A stretch of 64,000 bases of DNA, taken from contig CM120640.1 of assembly GCA_051362555.1 (NCBI GenBank), forward strand, positions 16,802,001 through 16,866,000, given 5' to 3'. The notes under the pieces were generated by a model. The model made no database searches. It worked only from the letters and a program-made list of their open reading frames with translations, and was not told where the DNA came from. The position numbers and the translations under genes were made by a program. Positions 1-14,500 of the stretch are shown piece by piece (the first letter of the stretch is position 1; every line of letters begins with the position of its first letter). The stretch is from Lingula anatina. Lineage: Eukaryota; Animalia; Brachiopoda.

Positions 1-429
1 CCAAATATGTTGCAACATGAGATGCATGCTAGTGGGTGGACATAGCTCTATTTGGGAGAGAGAATAGTTTTCCTAGGTCAAAATAAGTCAGGTGTAAATT
101 TGTAAGAGAGATTTATCTTACTTAGCTTGATTTATCTACTGTAGCTTGATTATCTATAAACTCTGTTATAAAAGAATCATTATTTGGATATTATTTAGAA
201 ATTGCTCAAAATGTAAAGCAATGTTAGTCTTTAAAGCATACAGTCCTCATATGAAAATACCCGAGGTCTTAGACTACATTAAAATGAAATCAAGTTTTTC
301 CCATGTTATAAAGAAAAACTGATAAAATTATTTTAAATAAACAGATAAACTGTTTCAGTATCTCCCCCTATTTCAATATACATTGCTCTTTAGGTCACAA
401 ACTATATCCAAAACCAGCTCAACACTTAC

Positions 430-750
430 CTGATTCAGGTACGAAATGCAGTCGTCCACATTATCTCTGTCACAAAACACCACATTTCCACTAGTGCTAA
501 ACCTCTGTGGTAGAGTCAAAAAAGGATCAACCTTATCCCCTCTGCCATTAAAAAATGCTGGACCAGTTGAAACAGCTCCATTTTTCAAAGCTCCAGACTT
601 GGCATGTATGCCTATTTGTAATGGGATATCAGGGGACGATTGGTGGCCATTCATTAGATGTGCTGGAGTTCTTGACTTGCTGGCATACAGGGCAAGGAAA
701 TCCTGAGTCCCTGGGCTCGCCTGTCTACCCAGAGAAGTCCAGTCTGCCAT
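430..750 (-). CDS. SSX2IP: SSX2IP/ADIP (afadin- and alpha-actinin-binding, centriolar satellite protein) orthologue, first coding exon; gene continues off the left edge
   Basis: Starts MADW and ends FCDRDNVDDCISYLNQ, matching human SSX2IP MGDW...FCTEDNIEQSISYLDQ as recalled. GTAAG donor at 429-425 (phase 0); TTGTAG acceptor just upstream of 787. A probable non-coding exon ends at 1523 (GGAG|GTACGT). Confidence 0.75.
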
Positions 751-2769
751 GTTGCTTCTTCCTTACAGGCCCCAACTGCAGTGTTCTCTACAATTGGGAA
801 GATATGGTGTATTTACTGACAGTTTATTATCAAGTTATTCATGATATGTATAATGTATGCACATTTATTTTTTATCCATGCCCATGTACATGCAGTTATA
901 TTTTTTCTTTCGTACCTACAACATTGTGAATTTGACAATGAAAATATTTCAAAAACAATTCAAAGGATGGTGTTAACAGCCCAACTTTCTGAAAACCACA
1001 ACACTATAGCTTGCTAGTTATAAATATTTGATATTGAATCAGAAATAAGAAATCAATGAATTAGAATGTGGTGTGAGATAACGTGGAGTGTGTGCAGACA
1101 GGTCTCAGGTGATTAAATATTGATCTAAAGTGTTTTCTGCAGTGCAACCTTTGAAATTAATCAACCTCACGCTGTTCATACATTATTGGAGAGAGCTTGT
1201 TTATGTTATCAAAATCACATTCAGCATTTGTTATAATGTTAATTATAATTCCACTAATGCAACGTCTTCAATTATTTTTCTGGTACAGGATACAAAGTGG
1301 AAAGCGTGTTGACAAATGGATGTTAATTGACTTGAATTGCTTTCTTAGTAACAAACACAAGTAAAGAAATTTATTTATGACGAAGGTGACATCAAAATAC
1401 GTCACCATGATGGCATGAATGACACTGGTGACGGTGCAATTGAATTTGAGGACTCCTTCATTCTAAAAATTCATATATACAACATATAAAGATGTATAAA
1501 ATTATAACAAAATGACACGTACCTCCCTGATCAATCCATTTTAACATTTCTTCCACTGCAACGAATAAAAGTTGGACTATCTTCAAACTTCGCTCTTCCA
1601 GGTAATAAAAAAGAAAAAAACTTTGCGTCGATACTACATACATGCCCTAACCAAGGTTCCAAGACGCACTGCAATGTGAACCGCACCATTTTTTTAATTA
1701 AAATAAAATAAATAAAGATATGTCTACCAATATTTTACAAAACTTTTACTTTTCCACACCATATGCCAAATTCTCCCCTCGTTTTGCCCCCAAAACATTC
1801 ACCATAAGATGGCTCGGTGGTGTTGACCAATAGATTTATTCAGTAAATTTTAATGCATTTCCTTGGAATTACTTGTATGATTAAAAAGACTTAAGGTTAA
1901 AAGAGAAAAACAAGAAACTCTTTATTATGCATGAAGTGTCATACATATATTCAAATTTATTATATTTCAGATGAATAAAAAAACCTGAAAGCATTATGAC
2001 AAATGGTGATGTATTTTTCCCTGGCCAAGGTCTTGGAAAATAAAAATAATTGCACTTAGCAATATACTAGTAAATAAATAGTCATACATAAAGCACATGC
2101 ATTTGCAAACAAATAGATTCAATGTCAGGCAAGAAAACAATTTAAGTCTAAAACTAACCTGATTAGTCCAGACTCTGAACAGGCAATGGGAAATTTTTCT
2201 GGTGGTTTTAAACTATTTTTACAGCATCTATTATATTATCCTTTGACTAGTAAATATTGACTTCAACTTCATATTTATTTTCAGGAGGACACATTTCAAA
2301 TACTAATTAATAATTATAATAAAATAAACAAAAATATAGACTTATAATAAATAAAAATTTTACTTATAAATAATAAAAAATCTTTCAAATGTAAACTTAA
2401 CAATGAAAAATCAAGCACATGGGCATATGTGACAAAATATAGTGCTGCACAATATCATTATTTAACAACAAATTTTTTCACTTTCCAGACCTCAGTTTGA
2501 ATAAAAATGGTAGCATTTTTTCTAAACTACTTTTTTAACCAAATAAGTTAATGACATTCAGTAAGACTACTAAGATTAACACCTAACTTTAAATTTTACA
2601 CTTTCAACTTTGGCACCCTGAAGAGTACGTGGTTTCAAAGAGCATGGGTGTTTTGGAAGTTTCTATTGACATATACTAATAATAATATGCATCCAGAGAC
2701 ATGAGCTCATAGAATAAACATTTTGAATAATAAAGCCTGAATATGTATCTTTTACAGTGCTACATCACT

Positions 2770-3750
2770 TCATTGTGACCTTGTTTGCTGAGCCTGAGCT
2801 TGCTGAGCTCTATGTTCAACAAAATTCCTATATATGACAGTTATATAGATCATGAGTAGCAAAACTATGAATAAGTCATCTAAAAAGCCTACAAATCCAA
2901 AGACAGACTCTGGTATGATATCCAGTGGTGAAATAAAATACAAAATTGCAGCTACAAATACAAGAAATATTCTGAGACGAAACATCCACACTAGTCCTCC
3001 AAGTGAAAAGAATTCTGAAAATGCATGGCGGAGTAGAGTTGGAAGATCTCTGATATAGTCCATCAACTGAAATATAAGAATACAAACAAAATTGGTTTTT
3101 TTTTTCAATAATCTCAATATGGTTTTGATGATGATATTAAACTGCGAATATTTGAGGAAAGTTTGGAAGCAGAGGACATGATTCATTCAAAGCAAATAGA
3201 GTATTTATGCACAAAACCACATCTGAAACTAGATAAAAGGTAAAAAATTACTTTCTGAGATCTTTTTATACAATTTTCATAATATTTAAAACTAGAAAAA
3301 AATAATAAAGTTAAAATGACAACATAAAAATGACTGTTGTCTATTAACTTACAGGTCTTGGTTCTCCTGAGAATCTTCTATTATAAGAATTAATTTCACT
3401 AGTGATTTCCCTTATGTCTTCGTTTACCTCCTGATGCACCTCTGCCTCACTGAATGAGAACAGTAATATTGTCACCTGAAGTAACAAGACTCAGAAATTA
3501 AAACATCTCTTAAGGACAAAGGTCAGAGATCTGGCAAAGTGATCAGGGCTGTAGAGAGCTAAAGACTGAAAACAACTTCTTACTAAAGGTACAAGAAACT
3601 CTGACGACATACCTGTTACAATAGTAACATGTGAAAATGAAGCTGATGAAAGTATAGAGTCAGACAAATCAAGAAGACATCTATCCTAACACAGATTCCC
3701 AGTGACACTTAACTTTAAATATTTACAAAAAAAAACAACAACAATAAAAC

Positions 3751-3786
<36 letters not shown>

Positions 3787-5101
3787 GACTTGGTTACCTG
3801 TTGTCTACAAACTGGACATCTCACAGCACCAAGCCATGAACCATGGCGCCAATAAGTGATTATGCACTGTCCTGTAAAAATAACAATGTTGTGAAAATAA
3901 AATAAATGGTTTCTTTAAATGTGTGCATTTAATGATAATATTTGGTGTAATTTTGTTAACTGATGAATTTTACATTGAAATGTCTGAAAAAAGTATACTA
4001 ATCTAACTTGAGTGTCATTAGAAATTATCTAAATACACCACTATTAATATCCATACCACAAAATGTGTGTCCACAGTTGGTTTCTATTGCATAGTTGGCA
4101 TCATTCAGGCATATAGGACAGGTAATATCTCCTTGCCTAGGATTTGCACTTCTCCTCCCTTGCCAGTTCTGATCTCGTAGCCTTTGTCTCTGCATCCTCT
4201 GTCTGGCATCTTCTACATTTTGCTGACTCTCTGGGTGAATTGTCTGTCTTACTGTTGTTCTCTGTCTGTACCTGTTACCAGATAGAAAATGATTAATAGC
4301 ATGTATCTAATGGTATATATCTGTTGTCTCTTTAATATTTATCAAAACTTTTAATATTCCATTTTATTAATTTTTTTGTTTCTATACATGAAATTCTAAA
4401 ACACAAGCCTAAAAATGTCCATACCACTATACCACCTAGCAGTCAGTGAGTGTGAACAACTACTCACATTGGTCTGAAGAAGGCCTTTGAACAGGTTGGT
4501 CATAAGCTAATGGTACGGAAATTTTTAGGCTTGTATTTTAGAATTTTCATGTATATCCAACTACCAAGCTAATGAACATTCTTGCTCATTTTGTGTTTCT
4601 GTTCTTATTATACTCAGTATACAGTTGTCACTGCCTCAAATTGTTTGTACCAAAAGGAGTTGGTACATGACAGTTTACTTGTTATCTAATATGTTGACAT
4701 GTTATATTATAGTCCCCTTTTTCACTTCAAGTGTGCATCCCCCTGCCCCCTCCCCCCACCAAAAAAGAAAAAGAAATGGATAAAAATCAACTACTAAACA
4801 GAAATAAAAACTGTGACTTTGTTTTAACAACTTTCTTTTCAAAAATTGACAACTGGTTTAGATATAACCTGACAGACATTTGAATACAACAGAAGGAGTT
4901 TCATATTTACCAGTACATTGCATAGCCGACAATTACACTAACAACTGCGATGAACACAAACATCCCCATCATAACATCGTCTCCAATGCCTTCAATAATT
5001 GTGCCCGGCCCAAGGTGTTCAATTGCTTCATTTGTTTCCCTGTCATTCAAGGCAGGGGGGCTTTTAGTCACGCCATCTTCGTCATCTGCCATTGCATCCA
5101 T
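2770..5101 (-). CDS. RNF170: E3 ubiquitin ligase RNF170, about 299 aa, 5 coding exons
   Basis: Exons 5101-4911, 4271-4057, 3871-3798, 3475-3353 and 3066-2770, all GT-AG and in frame (900 nt). N-terminal TM helix after IEGIGDD; C3HC4 [49 protein letters not shown]; [10 protein letters not shown]; C-terminal [22 protein letters not shown] membrane domain. Confidence 0.96.
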
Positions 5102-5345
5102 CCAAAGTACTTATCCTTTGCGTAGAAAGGCAATAGAAGCGACACAAAAGGTTCTGAAATTGAAAACGAAAGGCTCCAGGAACAATACCGGAAACTGTGT
5201 AGTCTCGACTTGATATCTATTGCACATGCGCTATAGCACATTTAGTGAATTTCCTGTCAGTTGAAAGAATTTGCCTGTGGAAAAACTACATCTGTTTTTA
5301 TAATTAAAACTCTTTGTTCATTGATTGGAGTTGTTAATTTCCACC
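5102..5345. promoter_or_regulatory. Bidirectional promoter shared by RNF170 and HOOK
   Basis: Only 244 bp separate the divergent ATGs (5101 and 5346). Contains ETS-like CCGGAA (5188-5193), NRF1-like TGCACATGCGC (5221-5231) and ACTACA in both orientations (5198-5203 minus, 5285-5290 plus). The motif roles are inferred. Confidence 0.7.
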
Positions 5346-8300
5346 ATGGACAAGGAGCATCTATCCGAAAGTCTTTCAATTTGGGTAAGTATAAATTTGG
5401 TCACCACCAGAAGACACATACGTGGGGTGTGTCGAATATCAATTAAGTCGATTTGCATTGCCAGTGCTACAAACGACTTTTGCCAACTTTCTACATATCC
5501 ACTCTGCCAGTGGTTGAGAGTGACAAGGTGCAGTTTATAAGTCAATACGCGTCCTGGAAAAAAAGTACCATTTCAAAGCATTGGGTATATATTTGATTTT
5601 CTCGTAAATTATTTTATATTTATGATGTAGTTACAAGTAATAAATTTTGTTATTATTATTGATTGAACATGTCACTTATGTGAGGTTGTTGGCCACTCAT
5701 GGACTTATGCTGGTCTGGTTATAGTTTTAATAAAGATCTATACACAGTGCAATGTATGATCTTCGAAATACTGCCATGCATAAGAGCCACATTTGAATTA
5801 ATAGCTTATTATAATTGTATTAATAAAATAACTTGATATGTCTCTGTCCTGTTTTCAGGTGCGAACATTTAATATAGATGTCCCCAACACTGACCTGACA
5901 GATGGAGTGCTCATGTCACATGTTTTACATCAAATGTAAGTATTTGTGATATACTGATTGCATTTCTTAAAATGATGGTGTGTTATGCCAGCAATAGACT
6001 ATACTTGTGAAATGAAGCAAAGTAGATTTGGTTAGAGTGATACTAAAAAATGAATGGGTACAAAAATGTATAAATGAAAAGGAATATTATGCTGTTCAGA
6101 AGGCTTTGAAAAATTAGTGTATCATCTTATAGCCTTAACATAACATGTTTCATATTTCAGAGCCCCAGCATTTTTCAGTGAGACATGGATGTCAAAGATC
6201 AAAACTGATGTAGAAAGTAATTGGAGATTGAAGGTAAAATCAATCAATATCTTAATACTCATTATCATATGATAAACTTCCATTTATCACTTTATGCACT
6301 TCAATAAAAGTAGTTGGATACTTCAAAGCAGTATTTTTAAATTTCATGGTTTAAAATCTTTATTGACAGCTTAACCTTGATTAGGTGTGGCCTGTTTCTG
6401 TTTTGAAACAAAAGTGTCTTATGCTACATTCTCAATTTCCTGTTTTGTTATCACTCCAGGTCAGTAATCTCAAGAAAATACTCAAAGGAATACTGGAATA
6501 CTATGCAGAGGTAAGATGATGATGATCATGAATTTTGAGTATATTTATTCATGCTTTGTCAATCAGAGAATACCAGCAGATAATTAAGCGGGTCTAAATA
6601 GTTATTATTATGGATAACAAGTTTAAACTTGGTATAATTTAGACTTGTGTATTGAAGTACATTTAGTTACTTTAATCCAGATTTTTATTTGGATTATTGT
6701 TATTTACCAAACTACCAGGATACATGAATTAATGATTCTTAGTCTAATAACTATCATGGTTGATCCTAAACAATTATTTGTGTGAAGTATTTTCATTGTC
6801 TATGTCTTCAATGTAAATATTAACTCTCTGCAGAGATACCAACAGCCTGTAATAATATCATGATTTCTCTCTTGTTAAGGTGCTAGGGCAGCAGATCACA
6901 GACTTCCACATGCCAGATGTCAATGCAATAGGTAAGAACACTGTATCAATTCAAATTATTGGTTTCTTTTGATTTTGGATAAAAGATGGGTAGAGGCAGG
7001 CACACATTCATAATCCATGAACAAAATTTTAACACCTGCTATTTATTTATTTATTTGCCCCTGACCATGCATTTGAATGTAATATATATGAGCATTCAGG
7101 TTGGTGTTTTTGTTTGTCTGTTTTTATTTTTTTACCATGGCCTGTTTGTTTGGTTTTATTTTCTTGCCCTACAATTGACACCATAAAGTTTATGTGTGTG
7201 TATGTGATCGTGGAATATTTTAATTACTATATCTCCTACCACAAAAATTTCAATCCAATCTCTATCTCCAATCTCAATCTCTGTTTCAAATTTTGGATAT
7301 TTTTGCTAAAAAGATGGTTACAATATCTTTGATCAAATTTCTTTCAGGTGAGCGAGCAGATGAGAAGGAACTTGGTCGGCTATTACAGCTGATCCTAGGC
7401 TGTGCTGTCAACTGTGAGGAGAAGCAGGAATACATCCAGAGAATTATGGGCATGGAGGAGTCAGTACAGCATGTGGTCATGAATGCTATTCAGGAGGTGA
7501 GCATTGCGTTAGGTGTGAGGTTGTGTTTGAACGGGATTATGCCAGTCTTTGATGATTACCACTAGTCATTTGCCAAAATTTATTCCAGGCTTGTAATATT
7601 TTGTCAGTTTGGTAGGTTGCTGACCACTGTTTCTGCACTGAGCTACTATTTCTGTTTTGTTCCAGTATAATCTTAGGCAGTCAGATGAGTCAATGCTAGT
7701 AGCACATATTATGCTGGGTATGATATTGAGTTCTGTGTGTTGCTCTATCAGCTGTGAGTAGCAACAGGCTGTTTGTATTTTTAAAATATTTTTTCACTTC
7801 ATATGTTAATGTAACTTGGTGTTATTGTGTTCTGATTTTGCTTTCAGCTAATGCAGAAAGAGACACCTGCCAGCCAAGGAGAAGCTTACTCAGAGATAGC
7901 AGAACAAGTAAGACACTTAAGTATTTGCTGGGGAGATAATGATAGAAAACAGAAGTTATGTTTGTAACTCTTATATCAATCATGCAGGTAAACTTTTCTC
8001 AATCTGCTCTTCAAAAGCTGAATGCAATGGCATCAGCTTTGTACTATTTTGTATGAAAATTCATCTTGTTTATAAATTATTATCTAATTGTTAACTTGTT
8101 CATGATAATTAAATATAATAACCTTTTCATTCAGTTAAAAAAATCCGTTGAAGAGTTAAACAGCGTTATGGAGGCTAAGGAAGAAATGGCTCAAAGGTGC
8201 CATGAGCTAGACCTTCAGGTAAGAACGATTGATATGTATAACTGTGGCAAATGTAGTGATGCAGGAATAGTTTTGTAAAAATAAAAATGTGAAAAGATAA

Positions 8301-11300
8301 GTAGTTTAAGTAAGGAGAATGATAGAATATCTCCATTGAAGGAAAATACCAACCCATGGTATTGTTTTGCCAAATTTTAAATGTATGATAAAGAATTAAT
8401 TATTTCTCTGCACAATAGGTGGCAGCACTGCAAGAAGAAAAGTCCAGCATCATTGCTGAAAATGAGAGATTACTTGACAAGCTCAACAGAGGAGAAAACC
8501 TGGAAGATCCAAGGTAAGCAACATACACAGCAAGAGTAAAGTTATTACAGCTAAAAACATTTATTTCAGTACAAGGTTTTTGCCAAAAGTAGATGTTTTA
8601 TTGAAAACAGATGTTAAAGAAATAGGTTACAATAGTAGTTCAATGAAAGTACCTCTTTTACCTTAATAGGGCAATGGAGAAAGGTCAGGTCTGATGAAAA
8701 AGATAATAACAAATAATGGGCTGATTTCACATTCATGGTTTTAGTCCATTTTTAGTCTGGTTTTCAGTTCAGGTATACAACTATTGATAAAAACTGGGTT
8801 CCAACCAGACTTAAGAAGGCCCACCTAAAACTTGCAATTGAAATTTGCCCATTATTATTGGTTATTATTATTATTGATTGCTTTGATGTTTATGTGAATA
8901 ATTATCATTATATTTTATATACTGAAAGAGTATTGAATCAAATAATTCATTTTTAATCAGTTATTTTATCCCAGCAAACATACATAATCCACAGTCAAAG
9001 TATTGCAATATCTGTGATTTAGTAATATTTCTATGATTTCCCATTTCTTTGCCATCAATTCCTTGAATCAACCAGACAACTCCCATTTGTTTCTGTCAAT
9101 GATTTGAATAATCTATATTTTCCACCAGCTTTCAACTGACGTATGTATGATATTGTACCAGTCATTGTGATCAGTTGTTATATATTGTATTGTGTTTGTT
9201 AATCTAGCTCCTTGTGGAAGTTAGACACCAGGTAGTATCACTGTGTGCTTCTTCATTCTGCATGATCATATCATGTATCAGCTGTGTTTTTCTTTTTTAA
9301 TTTTTATTTTTGCCAAATCATTGTTGTATTGATGCATTTACTTACTGTTAGACCTTGTTAACTTTACTAGACTTTACTAGTTTTTGATGGTTATGGTGTT
9401 GTAATTATTTGCTTTTCTATGTTCAAACAGATTCAATTTAGAGAACTGTGTTAGATAAAAGTAGCTTGATTTGCTTATGTTTAATGCTATCTTATATTTA
9501 TGTTCCTTTTTTTTGTGCAGCCTTTTATCAATTTTTTTTTTCATGAATTTGTAGTCAAGAAAGAATGGTGTGAATTTTTATCATTGATCATTGAATTGTA
9601 CTATAAACAGAATTACTGATATTTGATTATCATAGTTTAGTGTTCAAATTGTTATAGGAGTAATAAGCATAGTCTACCATGTGTTTTGTATTTATGTATG
9701 TATTCTTTAATTGGGGGGGGCATAGGTTGCTGTAGCAGTGAAATTACCCTATCTCTCCTACATAGTGAATGAACTCAAATATTTGTTGTATAACCTAACA
9801 TATCTATAATGTTTTTAAAGTTTTGCCTCTGAAAAATAAAAACTTTAACAGAGATCTTTAACAGAGATTAACAAAATGCATTGGAATTGCTTATTGGTAA
9901 CCATATGAATATATAATATGGATGGCTGAAAGAATGAAGTGTTTGGGCAATAATTGTCAGATCCAAAAAGCTTCAAATTAAAACAAAATAGCTTTGCAAA
10001 TTAAGAGACAAGAAGAATTGCCTTTACTACAATGATCAATACTCTGACATATTTCACAACTAAGGGTGGAGTATAATTTTTGTTCATCTCTTTCAGTATC
10101 AAATAAAGAGGGACAGCATTTTAAATAGATGTTTAGTTAAGAGTGGAAATAAGGGGCTCTAAAGAGAAACCTAAAAGCCACCTTTTTTCAGTCATTTAAT
10201 CCGTTTTAGGTGTTAATCAATTTCCTATTGTATGTGAAAGATACTCTTTTAGAGACATCAAAATACATAAACATATTCTAATTCACAAGTTTGAAAACGG
10301 AAATGTCTTTGTTTTTACCAAGCACTGCATCACATTGTTCATGCACATTTTTCTCATATATCAACCCTCATTTCTTTTATAAATGTTGGTCTGAACTTTT
10401 TGTGAGATCATCTACTTGAAGTAGAGTTTAACTTTGTTTTCTTTTATGTTACTTCCACTTACAATTATCCACCCCATCCCTTTTACCAGGACCATCAACT
10501 CTTTCTTACACACATAACAAATTTACCCCATTTAGATGTTTGCCAGTTAATAATTTTATTAAATTACAGCATACTTCTTGTAGTTGAATGTTACCCTGAT
10601 TTGCGTAATTAAAAGTATTATGGGTATCATTTTCACTTAAGCCAGAAAGTGATCTTAAAAGATTTTGAAAAGGTGGAGTATTTAAAATATTTTATATAAT
10701 ATGGTGAATTGAATGTGGATGTTATGACACATGATGATACAAAGATAACTTATAAAGATCTCTATGTATATTGCAGCACCCCAGCTGGGAGAAGGTTCCA
10801 GAATCTTCAGAACCAGGTAGAACAACTTCAGGAGGAACTGTTCAGAGCAGAAACAGGTATTTATTCTGCAGTACAATTAGCACTTATAAATGTTTAAAAG
10901 ATTTCAAATTAATTGGTTTATTATTGAATTTTTGAATGTATATTTAGCTTTTAAGAAGTATACTTTGTGTACAGAATTGTTGTCTGTTGTAATGTTTATA
11001 CTCCTAAAAATACAAACCTCTAAAATGGTTAGCCAGTAGTTGTCACTTCTAAAAAGCTTCAAATTAAACAAAATAATGTAGGAAATAAAATCTATTCATC
11101 TGTGAAGAAAGATAACCACTGAAAATAGGGTGTATAAATGCCAGCACCATTATAAACACACATTATTACTATTGTTTTAATAATTTTAAATTAAAATTGG
11201 AAGTTAAACAAGGTTAGTTGTTTACCTTGTCGTGAATCTTTGCTCTGAATTACAGTGAGAGATGACCACAAGATTAAAATTGAGCTGTTGGAGAAAGAGC

Positions 11301-11465
11301 TGCAAGACCAAAAACAGAAGGCAAGTTACTTTGAACATAGTCTGCAGTTCCTGAATCATCATTTCTCCTTATCATATTTTTTCTCAATATAATATCACTG
11401 TTGTATCAAAAAGAAATTTAAATTGTCTAAGTATGATGAGAGGTGTCACATTTGCTTATTATACT

Positions 11466-11508
<43 letters not shown>

Positions 11509-14500
11509 TTTTTGAAATTGCAGAATGATGAGTTGAGTTCTTTGGCAGAAGAAGCCAGGACACTGAAGGATGAGCTAGATGTTCTCAGGCACACTTCTGA
11601 TAAAGTGGTAAGTTTGTCAGAGAAATGTAAAATCGCAGATCTAAATAATACCTTTTTAAGTTGATATTTCAAATATAAGGCACAAAATAAAGTAAATATA
11701 GATTTTTGTGTGTGTAATTACATTGCATATTTCTGTTTGCTTGTTACAGATCAGATATGAAACAACTATAGAATCATACAAGAAAAAACTAGGTAAGTAG
11801 AAACTGCCATTTTTAAGATGTCTTTAGACCTGCGTGTCTTCGTTATGTTACATTATTTATGTGTTTCCATAAATATTTGTAAAGCATCCATGAATTAAGG
11901 AGTGGTCTTTCTGTGTAACATGCACTTGACTTGTATGTTCTTTTGTTTTGAAATTGAAAGTATTTTTCAGTGAAGTGTCTTGATAGTAAAAACATGGAGT
12001 TCTATCTAACCACAAATTTACTTTCAGAGGAGATGAGTGACCTGAGAAGACAGGTCAAGATGCTGGAGGAAAAGAACACGAGCAATGTTCAGATGTCTTT
12101 AGATCTGGAAGAGGTAAAAAAAGATCATCAGATTTCATATCATATCAGCAACTATTCTGTTATCGACTACTTGGCTGCATGTTTACTATAATAGGCTTCA
12201 ATTTTGATCTGATTTTACAAATGTTCTTGAGAATGTTCATTAAAAAGTTGAAAAATTGATAATGCTTCCACATTTTTAAACATGGTTTATGTGTGACTTT
12301 CATATAAATTTTCTTTAGCTTCTTCACTTGAAAATTAAAAATTAAGGTTATTAATGTTAAACCTGCATTTTTTTTTTTTTTATTTCTAGAAATGCTATTT
12401 TTTAAAAGTTAAACTGTGTTTTTTATATAAATGTAGGAGGTGAGAAAGAGCACTAGTTTGAAGACCCAGTTGGATGCTTATAAGAGGCAGGTCCAGGAGT
12501 TGCAGATCAAGAGCTCGGAAGAAACAAAGAGGGCAGACAAAGCAGAATTTGAGGCCAAAAGAACTCAAGAAAAGATGGCATCATTACAGAGAGAAAAAGA
12601 AGTAAGATTTTAGAGTGACATCAGTGTCAGTTCCCTTTTTAGGGCGTGTGCATGTGTCCATCAGAGTGCTGTAACACTGTTCTTGATAGGGTAAGATGTG
12701 TGCATGTGACCATGTAACATTGGTAACAAAGATGTTAGCCACTGAAACTGACTTGAGTTTTTTTTTTTTTTTTAACTGGGGGCAGTTATTTTGAACTACA
12801 GTATTTGTAATTGAGGATGTTTTGTAGGATTTGTTGCTGAGCTATGATTGTGTCAGCTATCAAAGTCATGATATCATCTTTCAGAGGCTAGTCACAGAGA
12901 GAGATTCTCTGAGAGAAACAAATGAAGAGCTGAGCTTAACAAATGTATTACATACAGGTGAGAATCTTTGCTGTTTTATGAGTTATTTCATCTTTAATAG
13001 ACCAGCAAGTTATTTCTCTCTATGATATGAATTTGTTAGTATTTTGTCTAATAAAGTATCTTCAAAAATGGCAATATTTTTTCTTTAAAAATGAAGATAA
13101 TACAAAATAAGCAGAAAGGGACAATCAAGAAATGTTTTGATGTGAGAATGAAAAATTCTTAATTTTGTGTTTTAGGTGAGGAGTTTTCAGGCAGTCCATC
13201 AGACCGTTCCACATCACCGGGCAGCTTAGATATGCTGAGTGTACCTCCTGAGATTAAGTAAGTATCTGTTCTGATAAAAAATTCCACAAATATTTTAGAT
13301 AGATGTATAAATCTTTATTGTTAGAAAAACAATGGATAAGACTTGTCATTTTCTTAAATAGATGAATTTAAAAGCAAGTTCCTCGAGAAATTTTTGTTGC
13401 AACACAATTTTTTCTTATTTGAAGGATTTATTTTGCCCAGTAAGAGTCCATCTGTATGTGCCACGTATCACATTGAATTATCCTCATTTTATTATAAGGT
13501 GTGGACATAATTCAGCAGTTGCTATGATATATTGAATGCCTCTCATTCTGTGTCCATTTTTTTTTTCTCTAGAGAAAAATTGATTCGTTTACAACATGAA
13601 AACAAGATGCTGAAACTGTCCAAAGAGGGCAGTGAGGATGAGAATGCCCAGCTGGTCACCTCAATGCTGGAAGACACCAAAGCTAGAAACAATGAACTGG
13701 AAACAGAAAACAGGTATTGGCACCAGACTGCTCTCTGTGGAATAATTACTCGTTGGAATTAGATCAAAGAGAGAATGTTTTTAATTTGCTCTTAAAATTG
13801 TGTCTGTGTTAAGTATAACAATTTAAAAAGATTTGATTTGAGGAAGGTATGCATCATTCCTGAACCGATATAACTGCAGTTTTGTTTTGTACATCCTAAA
13901 TATCTTTTGCTTCCAGACTAGCAAACCAGAGGATTTTAGAGCTTGAAGCCCAGATTGAGGATCTCAGAGAAAATGCAGCCAGTTCTGCCAGCAGTAAAGA
14001 GGACAATACCACAGAATACAAGAAAAGACTTAATGAACAAATCCAAAAGAATAAAGAACTTGAGCAGGAAGTTCAAAAGAAACGCCTGCATTTAGATGAA
14101 CTTGAGCCACGCGTTGCATCCAGTAATGAGAAGATTCAGCAGTTGCAAGATGCCCTTAATAAAAAAGAGGATGATATGAGACACATGGAAGAAAGATATA
14201 AAAAATATCTGGATAAGGCCAAAAGTGTAAGCTGAACATGAATCAGAGTTGGAAAATCAAAAGCTGGTGCTTTAAAAGAAGTATTTGACTGCTTGGTTTT
14301 TATGATAGAGAGACAGCTTTTAAAATGTTAAAATAGATACAGAATTCTTTTAGAAGACACATTACATTTTACCAATTATTTTTGCACTGGATGAGCCAAC
14401 ACTTAGTACAACCTCAGAAATTGATATTCTGAATTATGTGGAAATATATTTTGTAGGTTATTCGGGCCTTGGATCCAAAACAAAATCAGGGAACATCCGC

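Noticed and set aside
446-929. Plus-strand ORFs of 86 and 124 aa
   Set aside because: They are antisense shadows of the SSX2IP exon.
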